Below are positions 52,739-64,000 of a stretch of 64,000 bases of DNA, piece after piece. The notes beneath the pieces are model-generated. The model searched no databases. It was not told the DNA's origin and saw only the letters and a program-made list of their open reading frames with translations. Source of the stretch: Cenococcum geophilum (taxonomy: Eukaryota); contig CP158636.1 in the NCBI GenBank assembly GCA_050273025.1, forward strand, positions 3,658,001 to 3,722,000, given 5' to 3'. Within the stretch, counting starts at the first letter, position 1. Every line of letters starts with the position of its first letter. A program made the translations under genes and the position numbers.

Positions 52739-53432
52739 TAAATACTCCTAGAACGGCCTATAGTGCCCTAGCAAGATCTACAACTCCTATAGTACTAGCT
52801 ATATAGCTCGCCATTAATCTAGCAGCTAGCCGCGTAGCTAGTCCTACTACGGATCCGGCGTATACTTGGCCTATATATAGCGACCCCTATAAATAGGCCC
52901 TTAGTAATTAAGGAGCTTGCCTTTTATATAGCTAAAAACCTACTTTACTAAGGACTGCTAGATGAAGGTATAAATAGATAAGGTTTTATTAATTTAGAAA
53001 AATAGCGCGGAGTTAGAAAAAGAACCTTAAAGAAAGACTCTTCTCTAGGGGTTAAAGGGATTAATATATTATATATTAATCTAGGTTAGCTAATTAGTAG
53101 AAGAAGCTATACTATCCCTTATATGTTACGGACCTTATATTAACAGTAGTATAACTACTAAGAAGAGATATAAATGGGTTAGTTAAGATAGTATAGGAGG
53201 CGCTAGAACCGATTAAGCTATAGGATAAAGGGTAGCTGAGTTATATGGCTAGTTACGTTATAAGTTCGGAACATAGGAACGTAAAAACGTGGGAACGTGG
53301 GAACATAACGTATTAACGTACTAATGTACTAATATACTAAGCTCTTTACTATAGGGAGGAGTTATATATTTAAGGACACACGGTATCTATAAATAGTTTT
53401 TCTTCTTTATAGTAAATCTTAGAATATAATTA

Positions 53433-53860
53433 ATGTGGTTTATTAGGACCCGGGCAATATTAGGACCTAGGCCACTTGCAAAATCCACTAAAATCGCGAT
53501 TTTTAGACCCTTATAAAATTAACCAATTTCTAATAATAATTAATACAAATTTAATAGTGGCCTATTAATGCAATAACTAACTTATATAGGAAGTACTAAA
53601 AATCTTATATAAGCGGAAGTAGGTTAAATAGGAAAAGTAGGGCAATTTTACCCTACTTTTTCTATTTAACCTACTTCCGCTTATATAAGATTTTTAGTAC
53701 TTCCTATATAAGTTAGTTATTGCATTAATAGGCCACTATTAAATTTGTATTAATTATTATTAGAAATTGGTTAATTTTATAAGGGTCTAAAAATCGCGAT
53801 TTTAGTGGGTTTTGCAAGTGGCCTAGGTCCTAATATTGCCCGGGTCCTAATAAACCACAT
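53433..53860. mobile_element. 428-bp foldback (near-perfect palindrome), Fot1/pogo-like MITE
   Basis: About 210-bp arms are reverse complements with about 2 mismatches around the centre GGGCAATTTTACCC. TA flanks; ends ATGTGG with an internal direct repeat ATTAGGACC. Confidence 0.85.
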
Positions 53861-54663
53861 TAAAGTTAATTTATTAGGTAACCACTCTACTAGTTATTAT
53901 TACATTATTAACTTCTTATTTACCTATATACCTAGCCCATTAATAAGTTTACTATAGTATTTCCTATAAGGCTTCGTTATATATTTACTACTAAGGTTAT
54001 AGTATTAATAAAGTTAAATAATATGCCACTAAAAGTAGTAGCTATAATAGCGTTAACGGTCGCGACTATCTTGGGATTAGGTAATGATACTAGTATAATA
54101 AATACTAACTTTTAGCTAGTTACTATAGGATAGCTATAGGAAATAGTTAATTAATTAATAGATAATAATAGGATACTTAAAGAAAGAATTAATGGAATTA
54201 GAGCAGCTAAGGTTAAGTTACCCTTAATTAAGCAATTCTTAGGAGAGAAGTTAAAACTTAAAGGATTTCTTATATAAATGCACTTTAAGATTATATAAGG
54301 AGTTAAACTAGTAACGCCTATAGATTAAGTTACTTATATAGGATTATTTTTAATAGGGAGAGTACTTAAGTAGTTTAAACCTTACCTTACGGAGGTATAG
54401 AAGTATAGTATAATAACTACTAACTAGGAGGTACGGTATATATTCTTAAGTTAAAGTAGGTTTATAGAACGCTTAATATAAATATTTAAAGACCTAAAGG
54501 TAACTACTATAGTGGAATAAAAACTTTAAAACCTAGTATAAAGGACTTTAGTAATTAAGTATATAACGTAGTTTTAAATATTAGCTATATAGGTTATATA
54601 GAATAATAAGGCGCTTATAGTACAGTATAAGTAAGGACTTAAGGCAAAAATTTAGGATATAAT

Positions 54664-54878
54664 TGTAAGGGATATTATTGCGGACACCTTGGGTTGCCCT
54701 TAGGACAACCCCCGGACGCCCCTTAGATAGTCGCCGGTCACGTGCCGGAGGCACGTGCCCGTAGTATATAGTCTCCACGATCCCAGAGGCCTTACCTCCT
54801 TAAGGATTCGTCTCTCTTACTAATCTATCCTGTTCCAATCGTGTCCTTATAGCCCCCTGTCTACAAGATCCCCTTACA
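54664..54878. mobile_element. Solo LTR (215 bp) inserted in the Gypsy gag
   Basis: TGTAAGGG...CCCTTACA termini and 5-bp TSD ATAAT; the gag frame resumes after it. Confidence 0.88.
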
Positions 54879-57446
54879 ATAATTATCCTAATAGAAGATG
54901 TAGATACTCTTAGAGATTTAATTAACTAAGTAATTAAGATTAATAATAAGATTTACTAAAGAGAGCAGACTAAGAAGGGTTAGGATAGAGTTCTATAGTT
55001 ATATAAGGCGTAGGGTACATAATAATAAAGTTAAAATTAGAAATTATAGTATAGCGTAGAGCTAATAGACCTAAGCGGTATTAAAAAAAATAGAAAATAG
55101 AATAAACGACTATAGAAACCTAGAGGGTAAGGATTAAGTAATTAAAGGTCTAAGGAGTAGAGGCCGAACTAGGGATTTTAGTAGTAGAAGACGTTTAGGC
55201 GGACTCTATAGTAAAAAAAATAGTTTAAAAAAGGAGCTTATATAAATTACGGAAAATAAGGTTATTTTATTAGAGACTATAAAAGTAGATAGAGTTACTA
55301 TATAGTAAAGGGAATAAGATTAGTAGAAGACATATATATATAAAGGGATAATAGTATACTATAAGGAACTAAAGAGTGTTTAATTAAAAGTTTTACGTTT
55401 TGTTATAATAATATATACTAAATTTATAAGGACACTAAGTATAGTATAAGCTATTAGCTATAGGAGCTAAAATTATTAAAGTTTAAAGGAACTAACGAAC
55501 TATCTCGTAAATTAGATATTAAGGACGATAAATTTAATATAGGCGAAATATTTAGTAATAATAAGGTAATAAGGGTAGCTTATTAGGAGACTATAGACCT
55601 TAAAGATATTATAAAAGAAGTAGAGGATAATTCCACTATAAAATAGGGAATATTAGTAGGGATTAAGACCTTACTAGATATAATATCTATCGCTTTATAA
55701 GATATAAGAGAAGTAAAATAGTAAATTACTTTAGCACTTAATGAAGGTAAAAAGCTAAAGGCTTAAGATTCTTAAAATAAGATAAGATATGCTTAAGGAC
55801 CTATAATGGACGACAACTAATAAAGTAGAGTAATGGCTTAGTTTAGTAATATATAAATAAGCTTAGGATGAAGTTTCCTAAAGGTATAAGATTCTTAAGA
55901 TAAGATAAGTAAGATTTAAGACTCTTAAGATAAGATAAGAATACTATAAAAGCCTAGTTAGACTAAGGCTAGAGCTAAGCTTAAGAAAAAAGTAAGCTTA
56001 GGATTAAGAATCTTATAGGACTAAGATTTCTAAACGCGAATAAAGACTATTAAATAAACTAAGATTAAGAAGTAAGAAGACTTTAAGGATCTACTTATAA
56101 GGCGAAAACTAAAAGAAAATAAAAAGAAATTTAGATAGAGAATCCTTATATAGTAAGAATAGAAACTAGACTAGAGATTTAGTATACTAGGTTATATAAG
56201 GGACAGAGTACTAGTATAGAAAATTACTAATAGGCCTAGGGTAGGTATGCTAAGAGCTAAGTAGCTTACTAAACTAGAAGATAAAGAGAATCTAGGAATC
56301 TCTATTAGATTTAAAAAATAATGTATAAAGGGCTATTATAATATAATAATAAGAAGATACTTCCTTATAGATAAGCCGTATATACTCTAGCAGCTATACT
56401 AAAAGTAGTATAGATAAAGACATAACAATAAGTAGGAAGATTTCTATATATAGTTAGACAAAAAGTTATTTAGAACTACCTTATTACGGAAAAGATAATA
56501 AGTTATATTAAGGGAGTCTTAATTATAACATTAAAGGATTTAGAGAAATAATTAAAGGATTAGAGAAGTAAGGGGTATATCTTAGTACCTATAAATAAAG
56601 TTATAACGTTTAGATTAATATAGTAAAGGTTTAAACTTAAAGATAAAAATAAGTTAAGAGTTAACCTAAAGCACCTAGTATACTATACGCTATTATAGAT
56701 TATATGCGTGGATAATATATATAATATATATAAGAACCTAAAAGAAAAGAATTAGAAGTACCCTATAAGAATATATTAGGCGCTAGATAAGTAATAGTAT
56801 AGAAATACTAAATATATATATAGATAGTATTTAGTAGAAGTATAGGAGTTAGGAGACTTAATACTTTAACTAAAAAGATTCCTTATAGAAGAATACTTAG
56901 ACGAATAATAGTAGTAGGAATGCCTAGAGAATATATATTTATAGTATATTCTCTTCTATATTAGTTAAATCTCTACAATTTAGACGTTATCTATATTACT
57001 ATCTATCCCACTTTTATAAGTAAAGTCTTTGTTAACCGTAGCGCTTTAAGAGAGTATTTTTTTTAGTATAGAGTTCTTTCTAGCTTTATAACGGGCGTCT
57101 TCTTAAATAAAGGCTAGGTTGTGGGCCTGGATATCCTATTAGTAGGTAAGATTAGTCCTCGCAACTAGTGTCTTATAGTTAGTTTAGATTTCTCTAATAA
57201 AGAAAGGTAATTTCAGTCTATCCTCTAGCTAAATAAATCATCTTTACTATATATTTAACTAGATATTAAAATAGGACATCTATTTTTAGCTAAGAATTAT
57301 ATTATAAGACCCTAAGTCTAGGATATAAAAGGGGATACTATACTAGCGTTGTCTATTAAGAGCGATATATATATCTATATTATACTGTTATTAAAGCCTT
57401 AGCGGTTTTTGATTGGTCTAATAAATTGGTCCTAGTTACGTGCTAC

Positions 57447-58211
57447 TGTAAGAGTACATATATTGGATCCCGCCACGCTTACGACAAGTTCGCAAGCACT
57501 CTCTGTCTTTTTGGCCGTATGGCGACGTGCGGGCGGGACACGTTACAATTATGCTTGCGAACTTACTGGGGCCAGGTGTCGTGGGTTCGATCCCCATCGG
57601 TCACTTCGCTCTGGTACAGTCTAACGCGCATCCGTGCGATGAGGCGTCAGTGGAGATTCCGATCGCTTATGTTACTGGGGACTAACTAATATGGTGATAC
57701 TCTTGGCGTTTGATCCCTGTGGAGGCCCGAACGGGCGCACAGAGGAATCCCTGCGAGCGCTCGGGGACGAGCGCGCAGAGGAGAGGGCAATTGTAAGAGT
57801 ATATATATTAGGTCCCGCCGCGCTTGCGACAAGTTCGCAAGCACTCTCAGTCTTTTTGGCCGTATGGCGACGTGGAGGCGGGCCACGTTACAATTGTGCT
57901 TGCGAACTTACTGGGGCCAGGTGTCGTGGGTTCGATCCCCATCGGTCACTTCGCTCTGGTACAGTCTAACGCGCATCCATGCGATGAGGCGTCGGTGAAG
58001 ATTCCGATCGCTTACGTTACTGGGGACTCCTAATATATGGTGCGACTCTTCGTGTGCGGACCCCCTGCGGCTTGGCGTTCGAGGACGAACGCGCAGAGGG
58101 GAGGGCAATTGTAAGAGTACATATATTAGATCCCGCCGCGCTTACGAACAAGTTCGCAAGCACTCCGTGTCTTTTTGGCCGAATGGCGACGTTAGGGCGG
58201 GAAACGTTACA
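57447..58211 (+). mobile_element. Tandem terminal-repeat retrotransposon in miniature (TRIM): LTR-I-LTR-I-LTR, non-coding
   Basis: Three ~101-bp TGTAA...TTACA LTRs (57447-57547, 57792-57892, 58110-58211) and internal units of 244 and 217 bp. Polypurine tract AGAGG(A/G)GAGGG-CAAT precedes LTR2 and LTR3. 5-bp TSD GCTAC (57442-57446 / 58212-58216). Confidence 0.9.
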
Positions 58212-58571
58212 GCTACCCATTAAATTCGCGACTAAGCGACCTCTTTTCTACCCCTTACTGCTCTCTATCTTTCCCCCCGTTTACTGCTCCCTACTTACTA
58301 TAATACTACTCCCTACCTACTATAATACTACTCCCTACCTACTGCTTAAATGCCTTCCAATTGTATATTTTGCGCTACCTATAGGCAGTATCGCCCTTCC
58401 GCTAACTTTACAACAAACCGTCTTGGAGCTGCGTATAAAACCTATAAATCTTACAAGGTTAATCCTTTTTTTTCCCTTTTTTTACTACCTTTCTAACTCT
58501 ATATATATAGGAGAAAAGAAAGGGCCGGTCCTAACGATCTTTAGCGGACCTTCGGCAGCCTATAAACCAAA

Positions 58572-58680
58572 CTACTTCCGCCACTACTTCCGCCACTACT
58601 TCCGCCGCTGCTTCCGCCGCTGCTTCCGCTGCTACTTCCGCTGCTACTTCCGCTGCTACTTCTCCCTCTACTTCCCGCCT
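58572..58680. repeat. 12-bp tandem repeat (CTACTTCCGCCA-type) inside the Helitron fragment
   Basis: Directly visible run of about 9 units. Confidence 0.85.
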
Positions 58681-59141
58681 CCTTATACCACCCGTATTAA
58701 CCCAGCCGCGACCTACTATAGTCCGTCCTATTACGGACTAGTTAGATATTAGGCCCATAAATATAGCCGCTATTACTACCATCCGCCCTATTATAGAGCA
58801 GTTAGATATTGGGCCTATAGAGACGGCCTATAATTACTATAAAGCTTTATACTAGATAGATAAATAAGTTAGCTCTACCTAGGCTAAAGACCCTTACTTT
58901 AAGACCTGCTGTAAGTAAGGCAATATTATCCTACCTTTATTTAAACCCCTGCCGTAGTATTTATAGACCTTACTACATTCCTAGAAACGATTTACCTATA
59001 CATTTTAGGACTAGCTCCATTTATATAACGCGGCTTTAGCTTTTACCTTTATTAACTATACCACTACTAACCGTGGTATTACTTCGGCCGGTATTAACTG
59101 CTTCTAGATTTATAGCAAACTATACCACCTTACTAGGCCTA

Positions 59142-59271
59142 TCCCTTAACCCGTTAGAGTCCTACGCTAAGGTCGCTTAAGTTTATAACTAAATTTCATT
59201 AGGTGTCTTTCGCTAATCTAGATACTTTAATTGGCTGATAACCGTTAGACGAATTTTAACGGGTTAAGGGA
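59142..59271. mobile_element. 130-bp MITE, same TIR family as 52207-52347
   Basis: TIR TCCCTTAACCCGTTA / TAACGGGTTAAGGGA with TA duplication; interrupts the Helitron ORF. Confidence 0.82.
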
Positions 59272-61099
59272 TAGAAGCTCCCTCTAGAGCTACACCTTAA
59301 TATACTTAGCTTTACTTTTACAACCCCGCCTACGCTACTAATATCCGTTTATAGACTAATCCGCAGCTTAATACGGATATTTTACGGCGCCTTACTAATA
59401 TACTATATAAGATTAGCAGTCTGTTTATTATGTTATACCAAACTACCGCAGAACGGCTTTAGGCGTAAACTACGTCTACTCTATTATAGATTATTCTTAA
59501 CCCGTAAATAAAGCTAATTTTTAAAGCGGGGGCTAATTGGCGCTATAAAAATCTACCTACGGCTAATAAAATTGCTATTGTTATTTCTAACGAGTATAAA
59601 AATTCTATAACTCCTACTAGGTTCCTAGTAGATATTAAAGAGCAAAAGGATAGAAATAAGCTACAAATTGGATATAGATAGGCGTTAGGGTTTCTTAATT
59701 TCTTATTATCTTTTCTATTATTTTTAAACTACCTATTAGTTGTTAGCAACCTAGTACTTTACTAGGGAGCAGTAAACCCCTAGTCTAGAGGTTTATAAAC
59801 TATTAGGACATAGCTACTAGTATATATTAAGCTACCTAAAAGGATTCATATATATAGAACTATAGCGCTATAGCCTAGAGGCTGCATGCGTAGTATTATA
59901 CGTAGTATAATACAATAGATATAAAAAATAAAAATAAAAAATCTAGCTACCGCGATATTGTTCTTGCCAACCATAGGCCGCCTAGTAAGCCCCTACGTTA
60001 CTACTATATTAGCCTAACTTACGCCGCTTATATGCCGCTATACTATATACTACTCTTACCTTACGGCGACTATAGCTGGCACTAGGGTATACAGCTCCGT
60101 AGTAATTTCTATACCCGCTAGCATAACCAGCTTCCCTAGCGAGCTTATTTTCGGTTTTACCTTTACGTCTATAACGGCTCCAAACTAGTGCTGTTTGCCT
60201 TTTGCTGGCTATTTTAGTAGTATATAATTAATGTATAGGCCCTATATAACCAGAATAAGCTTAACTAGATCCGTTCCTACTAGTCTAACCTTAGCGTAGA
60301 CCTATATAACGGTATTACAGATACTATCTCCCATAGAGATATTAACGCTAATTCTATTAGCCGCCGTATTATCCTTCCTTTAAACTACCTAGGTAGTGCC
60401 CGCTTTATCGGCTAGTACTACTAAGATACTATAGCTATAGTCCGCCGTTACGGCCACCTAAGCCTATTTATTACTTTTACGACTAATCCGCGGTGGGATA
60501 AAGTTATATACGAGCTTTTACCTTTCTAAGCTGCTACTAACCGCCCTAATTTAGTTGCCCGTATTTTCCGTATAAAGGTTAGCTACCTTCTTACTAACCT
60601 TAAGAAAAAGTAGATTTTTAGTAAATTCCACGGCTATATTTAGACTATTAAATATTAAAAACGGGGCCTACCGTATCTCCACCTTCTTCTCTTTTTATAT
60701 CTATAGAACTGTAATTCATTTATAGATCTAGTAGTTATTAACTACTATATACCTATAGAGCTCCTATAGCTTATATAAATACCTTTAAACCAAAGCTTAT
60801 AGATTGCTATTTAATAAAGATACTAAGCTAAGGAGAAGAGGAAGAGGTATATATAGAAGGAAGGGTAAATAAATACCTCGAGAGGACCGTTAAGGGGCTA
60901 GTAATAAGCGAGCTAATAGCACGGTAGCAGAATATGGCAGAACTTGGCAGGTAGCGTACCCTAGCACCGTTATACCTTAAGGGCAGCTATATAAAATCTC
61001 TATATATTAAGCCCCTAACTAAATTAATAGCTATTTTAGATAAAGGGCTAAATTTAAGCCTATACTAATTAGATAATTCTTTAGGATATTACCTTCTAG

Positions 61100-61730
61100 T
61101 AAGCAACTAGCGCGCATATAAGAGCTCTGCTTATATTTAATCGCCCTTAAATATAGAGTTGTCTTATTAGCGCGCTTATATTACTTAGCAATTCTATTAA
61201 GAACGCGTTTATATACTATACCGTTAATATTAAGGACCTTTTAGCTACCGCTCTTAGTAAAATTAATATTAGTTATAATATTTAGATATTTACTAATAAG
61301 CTATTACTACTTAGCGTAGTTACTTATTTTACCAATAAAGACAATAAGCTTTAATTAGTTCTTATTAGCCTCCTATAAATAAGAAGATTATATACTAGTA
61401 AAAACATTATACAATATTTAATTCATTCTTGGCTACCTTATAATAGATAACGCTATAAATAATAATAAACTCTATATTTAATTAGAGGAGACTTTTATAG
61501 TACTAAATAAGAGACGACTTTAATATAGTGGGTATATTATTAAGGCTTTAATAAGTTTAAGAGGGAGCTCGTTAGTACAAGTAATTAAGTAATTTTTAAG
61601 GAGTTTTATAAAAAGGGCTTTATAGGTAAGCTATATATTATATAGATACTAGGCTATTATAAAGACTTTACTAAGTACTAAGTAGAGGTTAGCATTAAAA
61701 AAAAACCATTTAATTATATAGAACTCCTAC
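61100..61730 (+). mobile_element. hAT-type transposase fragment, RIP-degraded
   Basis: KINISYNI*IFTN..LLSVVTYF, LYTSKNI, IIDNAINNN and RL*YSGYII are RIP-altered forms of the hAT motifs D-x-WTS, HTGENI, DNA-x-NND and C-x-x-H. Confidence 0.6.
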
Positions 61731-64000
61731 TGTCGGAACGTTAATCACGTGATGTGGTTACGAGACCACGAAGCGAGGTTAACTAATCTGACCTTGGAGC
61801 AACCCCTTACTTCAAAATAACAATTAACTACTAACTTCAACACCGCATACGTACCACTACGAGTGATATTCGTGCACGTTAATAAAGCGAGTATACCAAC
61901 ACTAATTAGTAGACGTATAGATTAGGAAATATGTAATAGCAAAGCTTAAAACTACATATTAGCTTAACTGCTAACGCGTTAGATTGCAGAGCTATCGCCC
62001 TATTTTAGTTAAAGGAGAAAACTACGTTACCCTCAAAGCTCGAGACCACGTATCAGCCTACTAATGCGTTAGATCGCCTAGAGAATCGTATCTTTACTTA
62101 GAGAGAGCTACGTTATCCTTAAAGCTTGAAACTACGTATTAGCTTAACTGTTAACGCGTTAGATCGCCTAGAGGACCCTTAAAGCTTAAAACCACGTATT
62201 AACTTAACTATTAATGCGTTAGATCGCCTAGAGGACCGTATCTTCGCTAAGAATCGTCTATAGTATCTAAGAACTATAGATTCGTCAATAGGATATATAC
62301 ACACCTTTATACTCTTACTTTAACACTTAAACAACGACCTACCCTTATACCTACCTTTATACCTATAACTATGGCATAAACGGAGGAAGAATAGGCCGTA
62401 ATAGCTAGTAAATACAGATACGGAATTAATATAGATAAGGCTACAAAGGACGAACTAATAAAGTTTATATAGACGACGATATACCTAATACAAGACCTTA
62501 CGGACAATAACTTATAGACCATCTTTTAAGAGCAGTTTGAAGGGTTTATAGTAGAGAACTTTAAGAAGATACGTATAGATACTAGATCTAAGCTGTAAAA
62601 ATATCTCCTTAAAGGAGGTGTATATATTTAGGCAAACCTAGCAATAGAGTTACTATATCCGAACTATTATTTAAAGTTATATAATAAGAAGAGCTGCACC
62701 AATAGACAGATAAGGAGATTGTAGTAACTATTAAGGAGTTAGCAGAACTACTGGCTATAAGAGTACTACAAAATAGGTTAAACCACACTCGTAACGGTCT
62801 ATCGGCTTAGCGTATAGCTATAATTATAATACCACCTAGGTCTAGTACGCAAACACCCGTATTTATACCTCTAGCCCTACTACTAACTGCTCCGCCAATT
62901 CTACTAGCTACTCTAATTGCTGTACCACTAGCTACTCCAATTGCTGCACTACTAGCTACTCCGATTGCTACCCCTGCTACCCCTACTACCCCTCTCGGTC
63001 CTTAATCCCCTAATTATAAATAAATCTACGCTCTTATTAACTAACTACTATAGCCAAGAGAGCAGCAACTGCAGCAGCTATAGTAACTGTAGCAGCTATA
63101 TATATATATACTACCCGAACTAGCCGTACCTAGTATAGAGTAAGAACTTAGGCAAGGACCTAGATACAATAAGGAGGTAGCTATAATTATAAAGATCTAC
63201 ACAGACGACTAAAAGTATGATAGAGTTAGTAACAGCTTTAACTTTAAGTTGACTATTTTTTATAATATCTGCAAGAGATCTGGCTTACCACTAGAAGGCT
63301 ACGCAGTGGCATTCCCTAGTATGCTAAAGGGGCTTACTTAGGACTACTACTATAATAGTAACCTTGAGTTAAGACCTTTTACTAAAGCCTATAACTATAT
63401 ACAACAATTTTTTAAAGGGCTAGAATACTACCGCAAGAACCTTATAGAGTGGAATAGTATAACCCTCTAAGGAGTTATAGACAAGAACCCTAATAAGTTA
63501 ATCTATTAGAACTTCTAACTACTTATAGATAAGCTGCTAAAGCAACGTTATAGACTATATCTAGACTTTTATACGAACCGTATTCTTATAAATAAGTTGG
63601 TTACTGCTTACTAGGGAGTACTAGTATACCGTATTACTGTCTCTAACTCTTTAGAAGACCTCTCTTAGTTAATTAGTAAGCTATAATCCTCTATTATTAC
63701 GTGGGAAAAAGAATACCCCTATAGGCCTTAATAAGATCGTCTTACTAAGCTTTTTTTATAGATTAATGCTATTACCGAAATGACCAGAATCAAGACCAAA
63801 ACACTAATCGCTACAGTAGTAATCGCCCCTATAGAACTAACGGCAGACTAAAGGCTAAGTGCTACATCTATAAGAAGGAGGACTGCCGTTTGTGGAAATA
63901 TATAAATAAGGAGCGTAATCGATCTAGAGACGACTATAAGAGACGCTTTATTAATATTAAAGGCCGCAATAAGGGCAACTTTAACAACTACTTTAAATAA
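61731..64000 (+). mobile_element. Second GalEa-like Copia element: 5' LTR (61731-61901) plus gag, continuing beyond the window
   Basis: TGTCGG...CCAACA LTR followed by CTAATTAGT, like the first Copia. Gag KIYTDD*KY...FNFKLTIFYNIC...AFPSMLKGL is homologous to that element's gag. Confidence 0.8.

Larger units (their letters stand above)
53255..56950 (+). mobile_element. Ty3/Gypsy remnant: putative 5' LTR plus gag, 3'-truncated, heavily RIP-mutated
   Basis: ATG at about 54023, then KLPLIKQFLGEKLKLKGFL, *VTYIGLFLIGRVLK*FKPYL, YK*GLKAKI*D and the degraded zinc knuckle YINYGK*GYFIRDY. Boundaries approximate. Confidence 0.7.
57374..59600 (+). mobile_element. Canonical Helitron 5' fragment (N-terminal part of RepHel), carrying the TRIM and a MITE
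   Basis: Candidate A|TC 5' end at 57374. Degraded TCCK*GNIILP, YNAALAFT, F*IYSKLYH, *LYFYNP and NLPTANKIAIVI motifs match canonical Helitron proteins. Confidence 0.7.
51900..64000. repeat. AT-rich RIP-degraded transposon block 2 (runs off the window)
   Basis: Same TpA-rich composition and stop-riddled TE ORFs as block 1. Confidence 0.9.

Noticed and set aside
57512..57603. Functional tRNA gene call
   Set aside because: The D-arm does not pair, the variable region is oversized and the sequence straddles an LTR boundary; kept only as a tRNA-like module.
58054..58752. 232-aa ORF
   Set aside because: It crosses TRIM, Helitron leader and 12-bp repeat sequence and has no coherent protein features.

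Overview
Filamentous-ascomycete (Pezizomycotina) genomic DNA with a two-compartment layout. GC-balanced gene islands lie at about 1-15.6 kb and 41.2-51.9 kb. They carry a zf-PARP (Hpz1-like) gene, a large mitochondrial-type helical protein, an Ifh1/Crf1-like regulator, seipin, a HeLo-like/ankyrin protein, a small secreted protein, ETF-ubiquinone oxidoreductase and an Srp2-like SR protein. AT-rich blocks degraded by repeat-induced point mutation (RIP) lie at about 15.6-41.2 kb and 51.9-64 kb. These hold nested transposons: a DD34E Tc1 element, a head-to-tail dimer of a Crypton tyrosine-recombinase element, a Helitron2-type element split by a full-length GalEa-like Copia, MITEs, a 428-bp foldback, a Gypsy gag remnant with a solo LTR, a canonical Helitron fragment, a hAT fragment and a second Copia. 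The most unusual object is a 765-bp, largely RIP-spared, tandem miniature LTR element (3 LTRs, 2 internal units, GCTAC target duplication). Its primer-binding site is complementary to its own LTR, and it carries a tRNA-like module with Pol III A/B boxes. All calls come from manual reading and translation; no database searches were run.
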